DNA of 64,000 nucleotides, from assembly GCA_020724225.1 (NCBI GenBank), contig DYHI01000003.1, positions 1,103-65,102 of the forward strand, written 5' to 3'. The notes below the pieces were generated by a model. It saw nothing but the letters and a program-made list of their open reading frames with translations, did no database searches and was not told the DNA's origin. Both the position numbers and the translations under genes were made by a program. Below, in pieces: positions 1 to 12,617 of the stretch (positions within the stretch are counted from its first letter, which is position 1; every line of letters starts with the position of its first letter). Source of the stretch: Candidatus Altimarinus sp. (lineage in GTDB: Bacteria > Patescibacteriota > Gracilibacteria > BD1-5 > UBA6164).

Positions 1-1797
1 ACTCTTGTTGAACTTATAGTTATAATAACTATTGTAACTATACTATGAGTTATAGCTATACTTTGACTACAATGATATACACAAAATGCTAGAGATTGAA
101 CTAGAATAAGTGATATGAAATCAATTCAAAGAGCACTTTGATTGTATATCATACAAAGATGAGTTTTTCCAGACCCATCAAATGCAGTAAATATAACTTA
201 TAGCTGAGCTACAGTTTGGACTCAATGAACTTTTTGAGATCAAACTTTTAGAAATGTTTGAACAATAAATAAAAAACCTACAGATCCTTTAAAATATGTT
301 GAATATTCATATTCAATAACAAATGATAAAAAAGATTATCAATTATCTTGAATTATGGAATCATCAGATTTAACAGTTTTTAGAGATTCTATATCAAACA
401 AAGCAAATGCTCAATCAAACTTCATAAGGTCATACCAAATTTGACCTTATAATTGACTTGCTACAAGAGTAAATACATGATGATTGGATTATGTTTTAGC
501 AATCCCTTCTATAACTACAAATAACTCAAATCATACTACTATAGAACAAGTTTATGCAAATAAATCATTTGTATATAACAATTATGGAAATCTTCCTGGA
601 AATTTTACAGAAACATTCAAAACAAGTTTTAGATTTGATTTTGTGCCAAATAAATTAGTATTATTTAGTTGAACTCTTACAGAATTATCAGAATTATCAA
701 ATCAACTAATATTAATGCAAAATATTCAAGATTCATATGCATGAGCAATGATTTTAAATGAAGATGAGCAAATTAAGAAAATAGTAGAAACAAATATAGA
801 TCCCCAAAATCCATCAAGTAAAACAAAAATTTTAGCATGTACTCTTATAAATTTTACTGTAAAACACTTTGTTGAATGTAATGATATAGATTATGTAACT
901 TTTTATATAATAAATGTTCTGCATATAGATATAACAAACTTACCTTGAGATACAATAAGTTCAGTTATACAAACATGAGATTGAGAACTTTGGTTTTGAA
1001 CAAATTGATGAGTATGACATTATGACTGAACAACATGGACAATATATAACACTTGAAATTCTGGATTAGTAAGTAATACTATACTTGCCATGGCTGAAGC
1101 TACAAATTGAGATATGTGGTTTTGAACAAACTTGTGAGTAAGTATTTTTAATTGAACAAGTTGGACAACTTATAATCAACAAAACAGCTGACTTAGACAA
1201 AATCATATCATATCAATAACAACTTGAGCTAGTTGAACTATGTGGATATGAACAAATGCATGAGTTAGCACTTACGATTCTTGAGTTTGGAAAGATTATA
1301 CAAGACAAAATTCTTGAATAACACATAATCATGTAAATGCTATATATGAAGATAATCAATGAAATATATGGTTTGCTACTAAACAATGATTAGATAAGTA
1401 TAAAAATTGAGTAGTAACAAAATATAAAACAGCACAAGGACTTCCTGCTAACGAAATTTTTTATATCATACAAGATACAAATAACAATATGCGGTTTTGA
1501 ACTCATAATTGAGTATCAAAATATAATTGGACTACATTTACCACAAAAAATACATCAAATACATCTTGATGATTACCTAGTAATTGGATAACTTATATAT
1601 ATCAAAACGAAACAAATTGAGATTTATGGTTTGGTACAAATAACTGAGCTGCAAAATATGTAGAGTGAACAAATACTTGGACAGTATACAATACATCAAA
1701 TCAATTAAGTTGAAATAATATTTATTCTATAAATCAAAGTACAAATTGAAGTATTGTAATTATGAATGATTGATGAGTAGATACAATTACTAATTAA
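1..1797 (+). CDS. Prepilin-type N-terminal cleavage/methylation protein with C-terminal beta-propeller (Reg_prop-like) repeats; 5' partial
   Basis: Begins TLVELIVIITIVTILG...ARDGTRISD (type IV pilin N-terminus); repeated G-x-(M/L)-W-F-G-T-N-x-G motifs from ~960 to 1700; open only with TGA=Gly. Confidence 0.85.
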
Positions 1798-1961
1798 TTT
1801 TTTTATAAAATCTTTTTGAAAAATATGTCTTCTTTATATAATTAGGAAGACTTATTTTTTTAACCAAAATTAATAATATGACAACATATTATTTTACAAA
1901 TCGAGTCGGTTAAGAATTATTATAACAAGCAATTATTTTAAATTCTAAAAACTACAAAATT

Positions 1962-4628
1962 ATGACTCAAAATAGTGAATTTCCAAAAAAATACTCACCA
2001 AAAGACTTTGAACAAAATATATATAAAAATTGGGAAGATTCAGGTAATTTTAAACCTACAAAGAGTAAAACTTGAGAAAACTTTTATATACCTATTCCTC
2101 CACCAAATGTAACTTGAATCCTTCATCTTTGACATGCTATAATGTTATCACTTGAAGATATAATGACTAGATACCATCGTATGAAAGGTGATTCAACTAT
2201 ATGGATTCCTTGAACAGACCATGCATGAATTTCTACTCAAGCAAAAGTTGAAGAAAGACTTGCTAAAAAATGAATATCAAAACATGAAATATGAAGAGAG
2301 GCTTTTATGAAAGAAGCTTGGGCTTGGAAAGAAGAACATGCTAATATAATCACAAATCAATTCAGGAAAATGGGAGCAAGTTGTGATTGGTCAAAAGAAA
2401 AATTCACACTTGATGATGATTTAAATAAAAGTGTAAAAAAAGCATTTGTTGACTTATATAACAAATGACTTATATACAAATGAGAATATATGGTAAATTA
2501 TTCTCCTAAACTTCAAACAGTACTTTCAGATCAAGAAGTAATATATAAGGAAGAAAAATGAAAACTTTATTATATAACATATTTCGTTGACTGAAGTGAT
2601 AATGAAATAATTGTTGCCACAACTCGTCCTGAAACATTACTTTGAGATGTAGCTGTTGCAGTAAATCCAAAAGATAAAAGATATAAAAAACTTCTTAAAT
2701 CTGGGAAAAAACTTATATTACCTATTCTAAATAAACCTATACCACTTATATGAGATGAGATGGTAGATATGGAATTTTGAACTTGAGCAGTTAAAATAAC
2801 TCCAGCACACGATGCAAATGACTTTGATGTTGCAAAAAGACATAATCTTCCTTTGACAGAAGTAGTAATAGACAAAAATGGGACTATGACTGAAAAAGCT
2901 GGTATTTTTGCTTGAATAGATTTTATGTCTGCAAGACAAAATGTAGTAGAACTACTTAAATCAAAATGAAATTTACTAAAAATAGAGGATTATACAAATA
3001 GAGTTGGATATTGTGAAAGAAGTGGATGCAAAGTTGAAACTATTATATCTACTCAATGGTTTGTAAAAATTTGACCTATAGTTGAAAAAGTTATAGCATG
3101 ATACAAAAAACAAGATTTCGAGATAATTCCAAAAAGATTTAACAAAACTTTTGAAGATTGGATTTTTAATTTAAGAGATTGGTGTATATCAAGACAACTT
3201 TGGTGGTGACATCAAATCCCTGTTTTTTATCATAAAACTACTGGTCAAATGATAGTTACAGAAGAAGATCTAAGTAAAAATCCTGATTATATACAAGATC
3301 CAGATGTACTTGATACTTGGTTCTCAAGTGCTCTATGGCCATTTTCTATTCTTGGATACAACATGTGGTGAAAAGAACAAGTAGATATGGTAAAACAATT
3401 TTATCCTGCTTCAGTTTTGGAAACTTGACATGATATAATATTTTTCTGGGTAATCAGAATGTTACTTTTCTGATATGAATTTACAAATCAAACTCCATTT
3501 AAAAAAATCTATTTACATTGACTTGTAAGAGATAAAATAGGGAGAAAAATGAGCAAATCTCTAGGAAATGGGATAGACCCCCTAGATATGATAGAAAAAT
3601 ACGGTACAGATCCACTTAGATTAACTTTGACTATCTGAAATACACCATGAAATGATCTGAAATTTGATGAAGATAAAGTTGAAGAACATATGCTTTTCAT
3701 GAACAAACTATGGAATGCATGTAGATTTATAAATGCTAATTTGTGAGATGAAACTATTATAGAACTATGAAATGATTTAGCAAAAACTGAAAAAACCATA
3801 ATTGATAATTATGATAAACTTTTAATATCTGAAAAATGGATTTTATCTAGAGTAAAATCACTTTCTGACTTAGTTACTACTTCTATGGAAGATTACAACT
3901 TCGCAGAAAGCTGACAAGAACTTCTTAATTTTACAAAAAATGAATTTTGTGATTACTATATAGAAGAATTTAAACTAACTAAAAATACTTCTAAATTTTG
4001 AAATCAAGTAATAGTTTATGTAATGAATACTTTGTTGAAATTATGGCATCCATACATACCGTTTATTACAGAAGAATTATATAACAAGTTATGATTTAAA
4101 GATTCTCTTATAGTTAGCGATTGGCCAAAACTGAAAATAAAAAGAGATGAAGATGTAGAAAAAGAAAAGCAGGTTATTATAGACTTGATAAAAGAAATCA
4201 GAAGACTAAGAGCAGAAAATAATGTAATTCCAAGTAATACTATAAAAGTACAGATATATGTAAGAACTAAAAATCTAGAAACTATTACAAATTCACTTGA
4301 TATCATATCTTGAATAGTAAAATCAGAAGAAACCATAATTGTTGATAAAAAACCAAAAGATATAAACCTAGCATATAGTGTTATCAAGGCTTGAATAGAA
4401 GTATATGTAGATACATCAAATGCTCTAGATTTAGATAAAGAAACTGATAGATTAAAATTGGCAATTGATGATACAAAAGAATATATTGCAATTCTTGATA
4501 AAAAACTATTAAATGAAAGTTTCGTAAGAAAAGCTCCACCAGCTCTTGTAAGAGAAGAAATGGAGAAAAAAGAACAAGCAAAACAAAAACTTGAAAAACT
4601 TGAAGAAAAATTAAAAAATCTAGGGTAA
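1962..4628 (+). CDS. valS: Valine--tRNA ligase
   Basis: [44 protein letters not shown]-terminal coiled coil. Confidence 0.98.
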
Positions 4629-4642
4629 GAAACAAAAATAAA

Positions 4643-4690
4643 TTGACAATCCTATATATTAGTGTTATAATATATAGGATTTTATTATTT
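4643..4690 (+). promoter_or_regulatory. Consensus sigma70 promoter (TTGACA-17 nt-TGnTATAAT) lying within a 14-bp-stem inverted repeat that could also terminate valS
   Basis: TTGACA 4643-4648, TATAAT 4666-4671; AATCCTATATATTA 4648-4661 / TAATATATAGGATT 4668-4681 followed by T-rich tract. Confidence 0.75.
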
Positions 4691-4704
4691 CTTTTTTTAT
4701 CAAA

Positions 4705-5796
4705 ATGTCATTAGAAGCCTCAGTAACTCAAGCAATTTGATTAATAAGTTCAAATACATTAAAGCAAGTTGATTCAAATCCTATTTATTTAAGGGTAATC
4801 AATGAAGCATTAAAAAGTACAAGCTCAAATATAGACTCAATAATCTCAAAAAGTTATGACAAACAAAAATTATTAGAAGAGGTAGATTCTTTATTTGAAA
4901 TCTGAAAAGATAGTTGAGATGTTAATTATATAGATCAAGCACTCATAATTGCATATAGTATTTTTGATGCTATTAACAAAAAAGTTAATGATTCTTTTCA
5001 TGTATCATTAGATACAGATATTGAAGATATATCAAACTCAAATAATGCATTTATAAGAAAATTGGTACGGAAAATAAATGATTTACTAATGTATAAATGT
5101 TCAATTATATTTTGAAATTGATGAGATGATAGAAAAAAGGCAGAAGAAATAGCTAATATTCAAATAGATGACTTATCAAGCTGAAATTATATTGGATATA
5201 GTACATATCTTAAGAAATGGGAAGATCTTAGAAATTGATGGTATGAATTAATGGAAGCTGAAAAAAGAGAAGAGTTAGAATGAGAAAGAGTAAGTGAAGA
5301 CAGAAGATTTGATTTTTTATGACATTGATTAAGATCATGAAATAAAGATATAAGTAGATTAAATAGATTATTACAAGAAGATGAGGATAAACAAAAAAGA
5401 TATAAGATAATATTGAATTTATGACAAATTGAACAAGCACTTGATTTATGTTTAGAAAGACTTGATTTTTTTTCACCACAACAAGAAATTGATTGAGTAT
5501 ATAACTATCTAGACTTAATAAGAAATAATTTAAAAAAATGGAAAGAAAATATCCTATTACTACTAAATGACAAGTGACTATGAATTAATGATAAATATTA
5601 TTTATGATATTTTGAGATTTTAATAAGATTAAGATCTTTTGACGAAGCTTGATTACTAGCTAAAAATAGATTTTTATATACAAAAGATCCATCATGGAAA
5701 GAAAATTTAGAATATCTTATTTGAAATAATCTACTTTCAGAAAAAGTAAAAAAAATTATATTAAGCTTTGTTAGACAATATTGAATAACAGAATAA
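4705..5796 (+). CDS. Hypothetical protein (363 aa, predicted helical)
   Basis: Continuous code-25 ORF after a consensus promoter; followed by hairpin AATAATCCAAAATTGGATTATTTTT. Confidence 0.75.
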
Positions 5797-5874
5797 TCCA
5801 AAATTGGATTATTTTTTTGAAATTTAAAATATTTTAATATAATCTGTCAAATTAATAAATAATCTAAATTTTTT

Positions 5875-6960
5875 ATGAAAATCTGAATAGTTTGACTACC
5901 AAATGTATGAAAATCTACACTTTTTAATGCACTTACAAAAAGCTATGCAGCTGATGCACAAAACTTTCCATTTTGTACTATTGAACCAAATGTATGAATA
6001 GTAAATGTAAATGATGAAAGACTAGAAAAAATAAGTAAAATTTCTGGAAGTGAAAAAATAATTCCTGCAAATACAGAATTTATAGATATTGCTTGAATAG
6101 TAAAATGAGCTAGTCAATGAGAATGACTTGGTAATAAATTTCTAGCAAACATAAGAGAAGTAAATGTTATATTACAAGTAGTAAGAGTTTTTGAAAACAA
6201 CGATATAACTCATGTAAATTGAAATATAGATCCAAAAAGTGATATAGAAATAATCAACTCAGAACTAATACTTGCGGATATAGAAACTATTGAAAAAAGA
6301 ATTATATCAAATGCTAGAAAAGCAAGAGGGGATAAAGAAGCAGAACTTGCTCAAAAAGTATTTGAGAGTATGCTTGAATGGTTAAATAAATGAAATCTAG
6401 CTATAAGCCTAGAATTGACAGAAGAAGAAAGAGAATATTTAAAAGATTTACATCTACTTACAAACAAACAATTTGTATATGTAGCAAATGTAAACGAAGA
6501 TATGATGGATATTCAAGAAGAAAAACTTAGAGAAATTCTTTGAATCCAAGATAAAAATATACCTATTTGTCCAATTTGTGCTAAACTTGAAGCAGATATG
6601 ATAGATATGAGTTCTGTGGAAAGAAAGGCATTTTTAGAAGATATGTGACTTATAACAACTTGAATAGATAATCTGATAAAAACAGCCTACAATGCCCTAG
6701 GATTACAATACTATTTTACATCAGGGGAGAAAGAAACAAGAGCTTGGACAATTCACAAGTGAGACAAAGCTCCTCAAGCAGCTGGTGTAATACATACAGA
6801 TTTTGAGAAATGATTCATAAAAGCTGATGTAGTTAACTGGGAAGACTTTGTAAACTACTGAGGATGGCCACAAGCAAGAGAAGCATGAAAAGTAAAACTA
6901 GAAGGGAAGGATTATGTGGTACAAGATTGAGATATAATGATTTTTAAATTCAGTAATTAA
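5875..6960 (+). CDS. ychF: Redox-regulated ATPase YchF (Obg family)
   Basis: [45 protein letters not shown]. Confidence 0.98.
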
Positions 6961-6985
6961 AAAAGACCAAAAGGTCTTTTTTAAT
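6957..6985. terminator. Bidirectional intrinsic terminator
   Basis: AAAAAGACC-AAAA-GGTCTTTTT between convergent genes. Confidence 0.75.
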
Positions 6986-7336
6986 TTAATCTATTCATTT
7001 TACAGGATTTACAATTGTTAGTATTTTATCTCTATAGAAAGGACAAGTAGGGTTATCTGCAGAAATAACTTTGCATTCTCAATTATTTCTAAAACTAGTA
7101 CAAAGAATTGTAACTCTATCTGATAATTCTTTTACAACTGCTTGAATAGTTAATCAAGTATTATCACATGCTCAATCAACAGTTTTTGTACGATCCACTG
7201 AATCCCTAACAAAAAAAACTCAATCTTCTCAACATAGTCCTACAAAATTTGGTGGATTAGTTTCTCATGATAAAGTTTCAACTAATTTTAAACCGACTTC
7301 ACTATCAGTCTTAAAAATTCAAGATTCTAACTTCAT
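6986..7336 (-). CDS. Hypothetical protein (116 aa, 5 Cys)
   Basis: Code-25 ORF MKLESGIFKTD...NPVKGID. Confidence 0.65.
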
Positions 7337-7460
7337 ATATATTTTATTTCAATTTTAAATAATAAACTAAATATAAATACTTTTAATTATATGTCAATAT
7401 TAAATTTGACTTTTATTCATTTTTAAATATATTTTATATCTTAAAATTAAATATATAATT

Positions 7461-8759
7461 ATGACACTAAAATTAAGTCAAGTAAAAGATATTTTAAAAA
7501 ATTGATGACTTATAAGAGCTTTAGAGCTTGAAAAAGAATATATTGAAAATCTAAGATGAAATACATCTTGAAGAATAGAAAGTATTATTAGATTTTATTC
7601 TTGAACTGCCCCTATTAATTCTATAGATGATAAATGTAAATGATGCAATGATTCAATAAATAGGGAGGTTGAAGATACTCTAATTGAAGAAATAAAAGGG
7701 CTAAGAAAAAATAGATTATTAGCAATATTTTTTGAAATAATTGCTAGAAAAATAAGAAGATGAAATTTTTATTCAACAGAAAATTTACTTGAAAAAGTAG
7801 AAGATATACTAAAAAAAATATTTCCATATACAACTATAAACATATATGCTTTTATATGATGAAGAAACTGAGTAATTGATTGTGTAAATAAATCAAATAA
7901 TTGAAGAAAAGTATTTAAAAATATTTCAGAAATAAAAAATCCTGATAGCATAAAATTAGGACTTGAAAAGCATAAAATTTTTCACTTAATCAATAATAAC
8001 TCATGAATAATTTGTTACAAACCTATTCCAGAACTATGAGATGCAGTTATTTTTCACTTTGAATGATGTTGTGAAGAAGAAATGGATTTAGTAAAATATT
8101 TAATGGAGGCGATAAGCGAAATAATAATATGATGACTTGAAAAAATAAATGATAAATATATAAACGAAGTAACATGATGCAAAAATAGAAATTTTTTCAA
8201 TGAACATAGAGAAGATAGAAGCTATTCAGTAATTGCAATTGATTTAAATGATTTTAAATCAATAAACGATAAATATTGACATTCTCAATGAGATAAAGTA
8301 CTTAGAGAATTTTGAAAATTATTAAAGACTTGTGTAAGAGAAAATGAATGAGAAGTAATTCATTTTTCATGAGATGAATTTTGAATTTTAGTTAAATTAT
8401 GAAAAGATTGATGACATCTATCAATTATGGAAAAAATACTTGATAGAATTGATAAACTTTCAGAAAATTGATTTTTTTCAACACAATTAACAAACTCTGA
8501 AACATGAAAAACTGATACAGTAAAAATAAATTTTTCTATGTGAGTATGTGAAAATAGTGTTTGATTTTGAAATCAAACTTTAGAAGAATGTTATAAACAA
8601 GCAGATATGGATATGCTTAGAGAGAAAGATCCAAGTTGATTTATAAATAGACTGATATCTACTTTAAACCATTTATGAAGAAATCAAATTATTGATACTT
8701 TAAACCATATAGCAAAAAAATTTTGATTAGAAATAACTTACAAAGAAAAATCTAAGTAA
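7461..8759 (+). CDS. GGDEF-domain protein (diguanylate cyclase-like, SGDEF variant)
   Basis: DLNDFKSINDKYGHSQGDKVL, HFSGDEF, FSMG, YKQADMDM. Confidence 0.9.
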
Positions 8760-8778
8760 AATTTACTTAGATTTTTTT
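8746..8778. terminator. Bidirectional intrinsic terminator
   Basis: AAAAATCTAAGTAAA/TTTACTTAGATTTTT overlapping both stop codons. Confidence 0.7.
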
Positions 8779-9714
8779 AAATTTAGCTACAAAAAATCAT
8801 TCACTTTCTATATTTGGTAATATTCTTAAACAATTAGTAATTTCACTATTATACTTTTTTCAATTAAATTTAGTTATTCATGGTCTAGAAAACATATAAT
8901 CTAGGCTTATTTTTTGAACTTCAAAATCCTTAAAATTACTTAAAATATAATCAACTATTTCTTCATTTTCCTCAGGAGCAAGTGTACAAGTGCTATAAAT
9001 TAATTCTCCTCATTTTTTCAAAAGTGGAATTATAAAATCAAGTATCTCTTTTTGTAATTTTGCATTTTTTTTGATATTTTCCTCATCCCAACTTGGCCAT
9101 ATTTTTTCCTCATTTAAATTTATTCTTCATTCTGCACTACATGGAGCATCAAAAAGTATAGAATCAAAAGTTTCATTTTTGTACTTTTTTCATAATTCTC
9201 TAGCATCTATTCATATTATTTCTACATTTGTACATCATTGTTTTTTTATAGTTGCTTTCAACTTCTCTCTTCTAATTGTATTTAATTCATTTGCTACTAC
9301 TTTTCAAGTATTGTTAAGTTTTGAACAGATTTGACTTGTTTTTCAACCAGGAGCTGCTGATACATCCAAGACTGTCATTCACTCATTTATATCCATTAAT
9401 TCAACAGGAATCTGACTTGTAATTCATTGTAAATAAAACTCTCAAGAAATAAATCATCTCAGATTTGCTACTCTATATCAATTTAAAGCATTTATTTTAT
9501 ATGCATTTGATAAAAAGCCAATCTTCTCAAAGCTAATTCAAAGCGAGTTTAAATATTTTTCTTCATTTTCGTTTGATGATTTAATAGTATTTACTCTAAA
9601 AGTTGTATTTCTTTTTTTTGTTTCAAAACCAGATTTAACTATTTCTAAATCTGGTTTTGAGTAAATTTGATTTATTCTTTCTAAAAATCTCGGATCTAAT
9701 TTTTCAAATTGCAT
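8767..9714 (-). CDS. RsmB/NOP family RNA (cytosine-C5) methyltransferase
   Basis: [29 protein letters not shown]-like [13 protein letters not shown]. Confidence 0.93.
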
Positions 9715-9715
9715 A

Positions 9716-10495
9716 TTACTTTTTTATAAATTCAATAATTTTAGTGTAAAATATTTCATCATCTTCTAAATCATTATGTCACTTTCATGAAATAGTTACA
9801 AACTCTCTATTTACAGATTTAATATTTTCAAAAAGTTTTTCTCACAACTTATATGGAACAACTTCATCTTTATCTCAATGAATTATTAAAAGACTATTTC
9901 TATAATTTTCTAGATTTAAGACATTATCATATTTTTCTGTTAATAAATATCTTATAGGATAAAATGGATATTTTAAAAATACTAATTCTTCAAAAGATGT
10001 AAAAGGGGTAGTAAGTATAATTTTATCAACTTTTCATATTTTACTATGGTATGTTGCTAATCATGTTCAAATACTTCTTGAAAAAACTACAATATTATTA
10101 TAATTTTTACTTTGAATAAATGTTTTTACATTTGAAACATCAGTATATAACAAATTTATTGATGGTTTATAATTATCATCTGAGTATCAAGCATATTCAA
10201 CAAATAAAAGTGAGTAATCAAGGTTTTCAAAATATTTTTTCATATAAGCTCTATCACAAGTAGATCAAGCATTTCAATGATAAAATACAATAATATTTTT
10301 TAGATCATTTTCTTTATAATAAAATTTTGTTCAATTGAAATTTAATTTTTGATAATCATTAAAAGCTTCACACTCATAAAAATCTTGCTTACTTGGAAAA
10401 TAAATCAATGACTTTTGATTTATATACAAATAAGATCAAAAAGATAAATAAAAAAATAATAATGTGAAAAATAATATTTTTAAAAACCTAAACAT
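9716..10495 (-). CDS. Alpha/beta hydrolase (ABHD13/Bem46-like) with N-terminal TM helix
   Basis: YHGNAG, EYAGY, SRSIG nucleophile elbow, GDKDEVVP, HND. Confidence 0.85.
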
Positions 10496-10498
10496 TTT

Positions 10499-11227
10499 TT
10501 AGTTTTTATTATTAAATTGATTATCCAATTCTTCATTTTTTTCTTTCATATATTCTAGAAATTCTTTTTTCTTGAATTTATAAATATAAAAAACAACTAT
10601 TGCTGTTATTGTAAGCATTATATAAACCATATAATCAATAATTGTTTCATAAAAACTAGCAAATAAAACTCACAAAAGAACAATTGTAGTTGCCCGAAGA
10701 ATAGATCATATGATATTATAAATCATAAATGATATACTACTCATTCACATACTTCAAGCTATAAAAGGCAGAAATGCTCTTGTTAGATTATGAAATTTTC
10801 AAAATATTATTCAAGCTGGTCACCATTTTTTTATTCATTTTTTTAAATATTTTACTTCTGTTAAGCCTATACCGAACCAACTTCAATATTTTTTAAAAAA
10901 AGTATCTCAATAAATTTTTCAAAGAATATATCATAAATAATTACTTATAATAGCTCAAATTGATGCAATTATTATTACATAAATAAGATTTGCTTGGCTT
11001 ATTTTAGCAAAAAATCATCAAACAATAAGTAATATATTTTGTCCAGGAACAACAACTCACAAGATTGGAAATGATTCAATTAATCAACTCAAAAAAACTA
11101 TTACATAATTTAGATATCAAAGTTTATATATAATTATCTCTATCCAAGCGATAAAATCTTTTACTAATTCTGGTTTAACTAAAGACAATATTCAAAGTCA
11201 TACAGTTAAAATTATAAGCAACTTCAT
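10499..11227 (-). CDS. DedA family membrane protein
   Basis: ESFPILGVVVPGQ, GNYLGYILG, RAFLPFIAG, FMIYNIIG. Confidence 0.9.
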
Positions 11228-11411
11228 TATCAAATCTACTATTTTTGCAAGCAATTTTTAAAAATGTTAAATTATAAATTTTTATATAAAATATATTACT
11301 TTCTATATTCTATTTTTCAAGTTTATTTTGATTTTTTAGATTTATTAATTATATTTATGCGGAATATAATCCTTAATTATTCATTATTAATTATTAATTA
11401 TTAATTTATCT

Positions 11412-12425
11412 ATGTTAAATGTTATTAAAAACAGAAATTTATATTATGCTGTGTCTTGAATACTTACAATAATTGCTCTTGCTTTTTTATTTATATTTAA
11501 ACTAAATTTAGGTATAGATATGACATGAGGAACTCAAACTGAATATAGTTACAAAAACATAAATATAGACGAGGTTAAACAAAATATTCAAGAAATAGAA
11601 GGTACTATAACTTATAACTCAAAAAAAGTTATTAACTCAACTGAAACTTTTAAAATCACATGAGAAAATAAATTTGCAGTTATTGCATGATTTGATAATT
11701 CAATTCCTGAAAAAGATCTAGAGAATCTAAAAATAGAATTTAAAACAAAAGCATTTGAAGTTCTAAAAAAACTTGATCCAGAAATAATTGAAACTCAATA
11801 CATAAATATTGGTAAAAGTTTTTGAGATTATATAAAAAATACTGCAATTTTAACTTTGATTTTAGCTATTTTTTGAATTGCTTTATATCTAGCATGGGCC
11901 TTTTCATGAGTACTTAACTGATGGAAAATCGTATTATCGTTTTCATCTATAGTTATTATAACTTTATTTCACGATGTTATAGTTGTTACATGATTTTATG
12001 TATTTACTTCAAATTTTTTCCCAGAATTTAAAATAGATACTTTCTTCATAACTGCACTTTTAACAATATTAGGTTATAGTATAAATGATACAATAGTAGT
12101 TTTTGATAGAATTAGATCAAATCTAAAAATGTATACAAAAAAAGATAAAAAATCCCTTGATGAAATACTAAATTTATCAATAAACGAGACATTAGCAAGA
12201 AGTATTTATACTAGTTTAACTGTAATAATTGTACTTTTTTCAATTCTTTTATTTGGACCAGAAACAATAAAATGATTTGTGTTAGCTATGATTTATTGAG
12301 CACTTATTGGGACATATAGTTCAATTTTTATATCTGCACCTATGCTTTACGATTTCAATAAACATGAAAAACTTGAAGTCTACGAGAAAAAAGTTGTAAG
12401 CGATGAAGATAAAATGGTAGTTTAA
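11412..12425 (+). CDS. secF: Protein translocase subunit SecF
   Basis: [40 protein letters not shown]. Confidence 0.96.
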
Positions 12426-12447
12426 ACATATAAACAATTAAGGATTA

Positions 12448-12591
12448 TGTCATTCCTGGCTAGACCAGGAATCTATTGTAAGTATAACAATTAAAAATAA
12501 CTTAAGACACATAGAATTAATCAGTTTTTTCTCAAAAGATAAGACTAAAGGGTCCGGTAATTGATAGATTCCTGTTTTCACAGGAATGACA
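12448..12591. repeat. REP/RPE-like palindromic element, intergenic inverted doublet
   Basis: GTCATTCCTGGCTAGACCAGGAATCTA ... TAGATTCCTGTTTTCACAGGAATGAC. Confidence 0.85.
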
Positions 12592-12617
12592 CATATTTCT
12601 AAGGAAAGCAATCCCCC

